A stretch of DNA of 64,000 nt from Lama guanicoe. Taxonomy: Eukaryota. The translations under genes were made by a program, and so were the position numbers. The DNA lies in NCBI GenBank assembly GCA_013239625.1, contig MU053873.1, forward strand, positions 12,524 through 76,523. The letters are read 5' to 3'. The notes under the pieces are model-generated. The model searched no databases. It had not been told where the DNA came from and saw only the letters and a program-made list of their open reading frames with translations. Shown here in pieces: positions 60,101-64,000 of this stretch (its first letter is position 1; the number at the start of each line of letters is the position of its first letter).

Positions 60101-61577
60101 TCCATAGCAGTGCTTAGTGTAGGGCCTGGCGCATAGAACATCCATGTGGGTGTCATTTGATGACTCTTGTCCAAGGGGAAGGAGAAATATGAAGATGATT
60201 CTGTCTGGGAGAAGCTGGGGAGGATTCAAGGAACAGGTACCACTAAAGATGGACCTTGAAGGCAGAGAACAGAGGGAAGTGGGAGTGGGGAGGGCGTTCC
60301 TGGCAGCTGGCATGGCCTGAGCAAAGGCACAGAGGCTGGATGTGCTGGGAGAGGGGTCAGGGTGGCATGGGTGTGTCACAGTGAGGGATGAGACTGCGAA
60401 GACCTGGACTCTCTGAGTGCCAGGCTGAGGTGTTAGGACTGGACCCTGAGAGCTGTCAGGAGTCATGGAAGGTATCAGAACAGAGGAGGGACTCGGGGAG
60501 AGTCAGCCACCAGCAGGATCAGATCAGAAGAATGTTCCTTTATGCACTGGGCCTTTAAAGAGTGCCCAAGGTTTTAGTTTGTAAAAATAAAACCATATGA
60601 TCACTCTCAGAGGCACATCTTTGGATCACCATCCTATTATTGTCTCTGAATAAATTCTTAGGATTGGGATCCCTGAACCATGTAATTAGCCTATTTTCTC
60701 TCTAGGTTAGTCATCTAATGGCACAATTACCATTTATTTGCCCTTGAAATGGATGTCTCTTGCTACAATCATAATAGTGATTAAATAACTCTGTGAACCC
60801 AATGCTGGCTGACCTCTTTGCAAACCATTTCTTCTGTAATCCTTGCAGCAGCTTCAGAGGGTTATTACGGAGAACTGTACAATGTAGAAACCACGGCTCG
60901 GAGAGGTTAGATAACTTGCCCAAGGTCACCCAGCACGTGAGTCAGCTCTGACTCTGCAGAGAGCCACTGGCTGGGAGGCAGTACTGGGCTGGGAGGGACG
61001 GGGGGAGGAGGGGGATTGGGATGACTCCCACTTCACAAAACAGGGACCCAACCACATGTGGTTGTAAAGAGTAAATGAGCCACATTCCAGGAAGTGCTTA
61101 GCAGAGGACCTGGCGAACTAGGAGCCGTTCAATCACCCTGGAGGCTTTTGAATCAGCCAAGGTGGGTGCATAGGGAGGTGCTGCCTCCTTGTGGTGAGCC
61201 TGAGCATTGCTTGAAGCCGGGGACCCAACTCCCAGCATGCCCCAGGACAAAGGCCACCAGGTCTGGGGGTGGGAAAAGACATCTCTCCACCCGCCCCCAC
61301 CCCACCCCTGACTACCACCCAATCCCAGCAGGGATCTGCCTCATCCTCTCAGGCCCCAGGAAAGCAATTTCCTATTACACCCAGCATCTGCCACCTTCAG
61401 TCTGATTGACCTCTGCATCTGTTTCCCTGACCATCAAATGGGATGTTAGCCCAGTTGCTAAGAACTGTCCCCTGTCCCCTGCCCAGGAAAGATGCAGGCT
61501 GAAGAGAGTGCTTCCTGCCTCTACAGGGCTAGGATGTTTGGGGGAGGCATTCCAGCTCCATGGATGGCCCCCCAGAG

Positions 61578-61770
61578 TAGAGTTGCAGATAAAACACAGG
61601 ATGCCCAGTTAAATTTGAATTTCAGATAAACAATGAATTTTTCAGTGTACATATGCTCCATGTAATATTAGGGACATGGTTATACTAAAGTATTATTTGT
61701 TGTTTAAATCAAACCAAAAAAAAAATCTAATTGTGCATCCTATTACTTCATTTGGTATGTCCAACCCTAG
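61578..61770. mobile_element. MER53-like palindromic hAT MITE
   Basis: CAGGATGCCCAGTTAAATTTGAATTTCAGATAAACAA...CAACCCTA. Confidence 0.8.
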
Positions 61771-64000
61771 CTCGGAGGGTCCAGTATAGAAGCTGGACTG
61801 GGCTGCCTGGGAGGGGCAACTACCCAATCTCTGCTAGGGGCTTTGGCCTCTCACTTCTGGTCTCACCAGCTGGTGCGGGGACTGTCTGTCATTACTCCTA
61901 CTTTACCGAGAGGCCATTGAAACTCCCGCTGGCTCAAAGCCACACAGCTGATGTGCGCAGGAAGCTGGGAGAGAGTTGGGGCTGCTGCCTCCAGGAGTGT
62001 CCCAGGCCCTGGCCATAGGGGCTCACAGAGGGCGAGGCCAAGGTCTCTACAGGCCATTAGCACAGCCTCCTCTGGGCAGGAGGCTCCCAAGCCGGCCCTA
62101 GGGGGTCAGAGGCTACCTTGAGGGGGTGAACTAAGGGAGGAGTGGATTGTAGTCAGAGCGGGGTGAGTCGGCCTGCAGGAGGGGCTGAGGGAGGCTAGAA
62201 GGGAGTGTCCCAGTTGGAAGGAGCAGTACATGCGAAAGCCCAGTCAAGAGAAACACGGGATTCAAGGAACAAAAGACAGGATAGCTGGAATGAAGATTTG
62301 GGGGAGCGGTGTGGGGGACCATCCAGGTCACGCAGGGCTCTGAGAGCCACCGCAGGGAGTCTGGAGTCTGTTCTGAGCATTTTAAGAAGGGTTTGGCCAG
62401 ATAGAGCAGCTTGGAGCGGGGCAAGCTGGAGGCTGCCGCCCTCATCCAGACCTGGAGGGGACAGATAGGAGATGTGGAGGCAGACAGAGGACTGGGAAGA
62501 GAAGCTTTAGGAGCAAGGGGGAGCAGCCAGGGAAGAGAGGGGCCTGAGCCCAAGCACCTGGCACTGGGGTAGCAGCCAGAGGTGGGAGGAAACCTGTCAT
62601 CACTGTCAGCGAGCTGGGGAGGCTGCCTGGTATAGGAGGCAGAGGCTGGTCAGGGCCCGGAGAGGCAGGGACAGGGATGGGTCTGGGTGACAGCTGCCAG
62701 GGACACCCTGGGACCTCCTACCTGCCAGGGCTCTTTGATGGGGTGGCTGGAGGGCTGGACAAGTTAACCTCACAACAGTCACACATACAGCTCAGGAGGC
62801 ATCGTCCAGAAGTTCCCACCTAGCGGGAGGTCGAGGATGGAGCAGAGAAGGTTCTGCTTAAGTCAGTCCACCCGAGACCAGGGTGGGGGCAGGAGACCAT
62901 GGGCCAGCCTGCATTTAATAATTTAAAAACATGGAGGCTGTAAAAGGTCAGTAACTGGCCCATGATGTCACAGCCAACAATCTGGGATTCGAACCTGGGT
63001 CTGCGTCAGAGTCAAAAGTCTCTATTCCCAACATACCTCATGCTACCCACTCCAGGAACTACTGCAGGAGGGTTGAGATCTTTGGCAAGTTAATCTGAAC
63101 CACAGGCAATTAAGCAAGGTCATGTACATCAGATGCAGGCTATAGGGTGGGGTGTGAGTACACCTTCACTGAACGTGCATCACCTGTTTCTGTCCCCATG
63201 GAAGGAACAGGCCTTCTTGGCAGCATCAGATAGGACCTTTGGGTCCCAGACCAGCAGCTGGCAGTGGACATAAACCTATGGTGACAGAGATGCAGGCCGA
63301 GGGATCTTTGGAAGGTGAGGAGTGAGGGGACCCAGACCCTGAGGGCACCTGCTTCCACTCACAGGAGTTAAGGCTGAAGTCCTCGGAGATCTCTCGGGAC
63401 AGGAAGCCTAGACACTCCAGCTCCGCTGCGCCCCTCAGAATCTCCCAGGCACCCCAAACTCCTGGCAGGCAGCCTGTCCCTACGGGTCTCACCAGTGGGG
63501 TGGAGCTACAAGCTTTGAGTGGTGCAAGGAAAACCACATAGCGAGGCGTGACAGGGACCAAGGAGGGAGTGCAGGTGCCAAGATGCAGGTGGTGGACATC
63601 AGGCTGGGATTCCTGCGTCACTGCCAGGAGGACATCTGTCTGATTACATTCCTGCAGGAGGCTGTCCTCTGGCAGTCTGACCCAGGCTGGCACGGCCAGA
63701 GAATGACCTCAGTGAGGACATGGCCAGCAGAGCCTGTCCAGAAACATCCTCCTGACCTGACCCCCGCCTTCAACCACTGCATCTCCAGGATGGAGCAGGG
63801 AAGGGGTATGTGTAGTGGGGGGAGCCTCTCTCCCCAAAGCCAGGCTGTCACAGACCTCATCCCCACCAGCCTGGCCTGAGGATGTCTATAAGCACCTTGT
63901 GTGAGCACCTACCATGTGCCAGACATCTGCAAACTTGCCCCCTCGTAATTCTTTACAAGGCAGGGCCACCAGTGGGACAGTCAAGGCTAGAGGGGGCCCA

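Larger units (their letters stand above)
55926..63735 (-). pseudogene. Candidate degraded Ig-superfamily type I membrane protein gene (V-set + C2-like + TM exons)
   Basis: Exon-like remnants in the expected order: V-like ~63363-63735, C2-like 58408-58635 (phase 1-1), C2-like ~56850-57240 split by a MER53-like element, TM exon 55926-56104. Frameshifts and lost Cys indicate a pseudogene. Confidence 0.55.

Noticed and set aside
62722..62819. Possible extra exon of the Ig relic (TAG acceptor, GTAGG donor on -)
   Set aside because: No Ig-like motif recognisable; too weak to call
55000..64000. MTFP1 or SEC14L2 exons expected by synteny
   Set aside because: No matching peptides seen; presumably beyond the window end

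Overview
Mammalian genomic DNA, very probably camelid (several copies of a tRNA-derived SINE of the Vic-1 type), from the SEC14L/GAL3ST1 cluster. Three intact spliced genes can be reconstructed exon by exon: SEC14L4 (- strand, 12 coding exons, 406 aa), GAL3ST1 (- strand, 2 coding exons, 422 aa) and SEC14L3 (+ strand, 12 coding exons, 400 aa). Two ~1.3 kb (GGA/TCC)n arrays in opposite orientation abut the two N-gaps. The block between them is flipped relative to the human/mouse gene order, most likely a scaffolding mis-orientation, possibly a real inversion. The most novel signal is at 55.9-63.7 kb on the - strand: the remains of a multi-Ig-domain type I membrane protein gene. It shows a V-set-like exon, C2-like exons and a still-open transmembrane exon, and one Ig exon is split by a MER53-like DNA transposon with a recognisable target-site duplication. 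The rest is a typical repeat landscape with nested L1/LTR/MITE insertions. Repeat family names and repeat boundaries are by eye and approximate; human comparisons are from memory.
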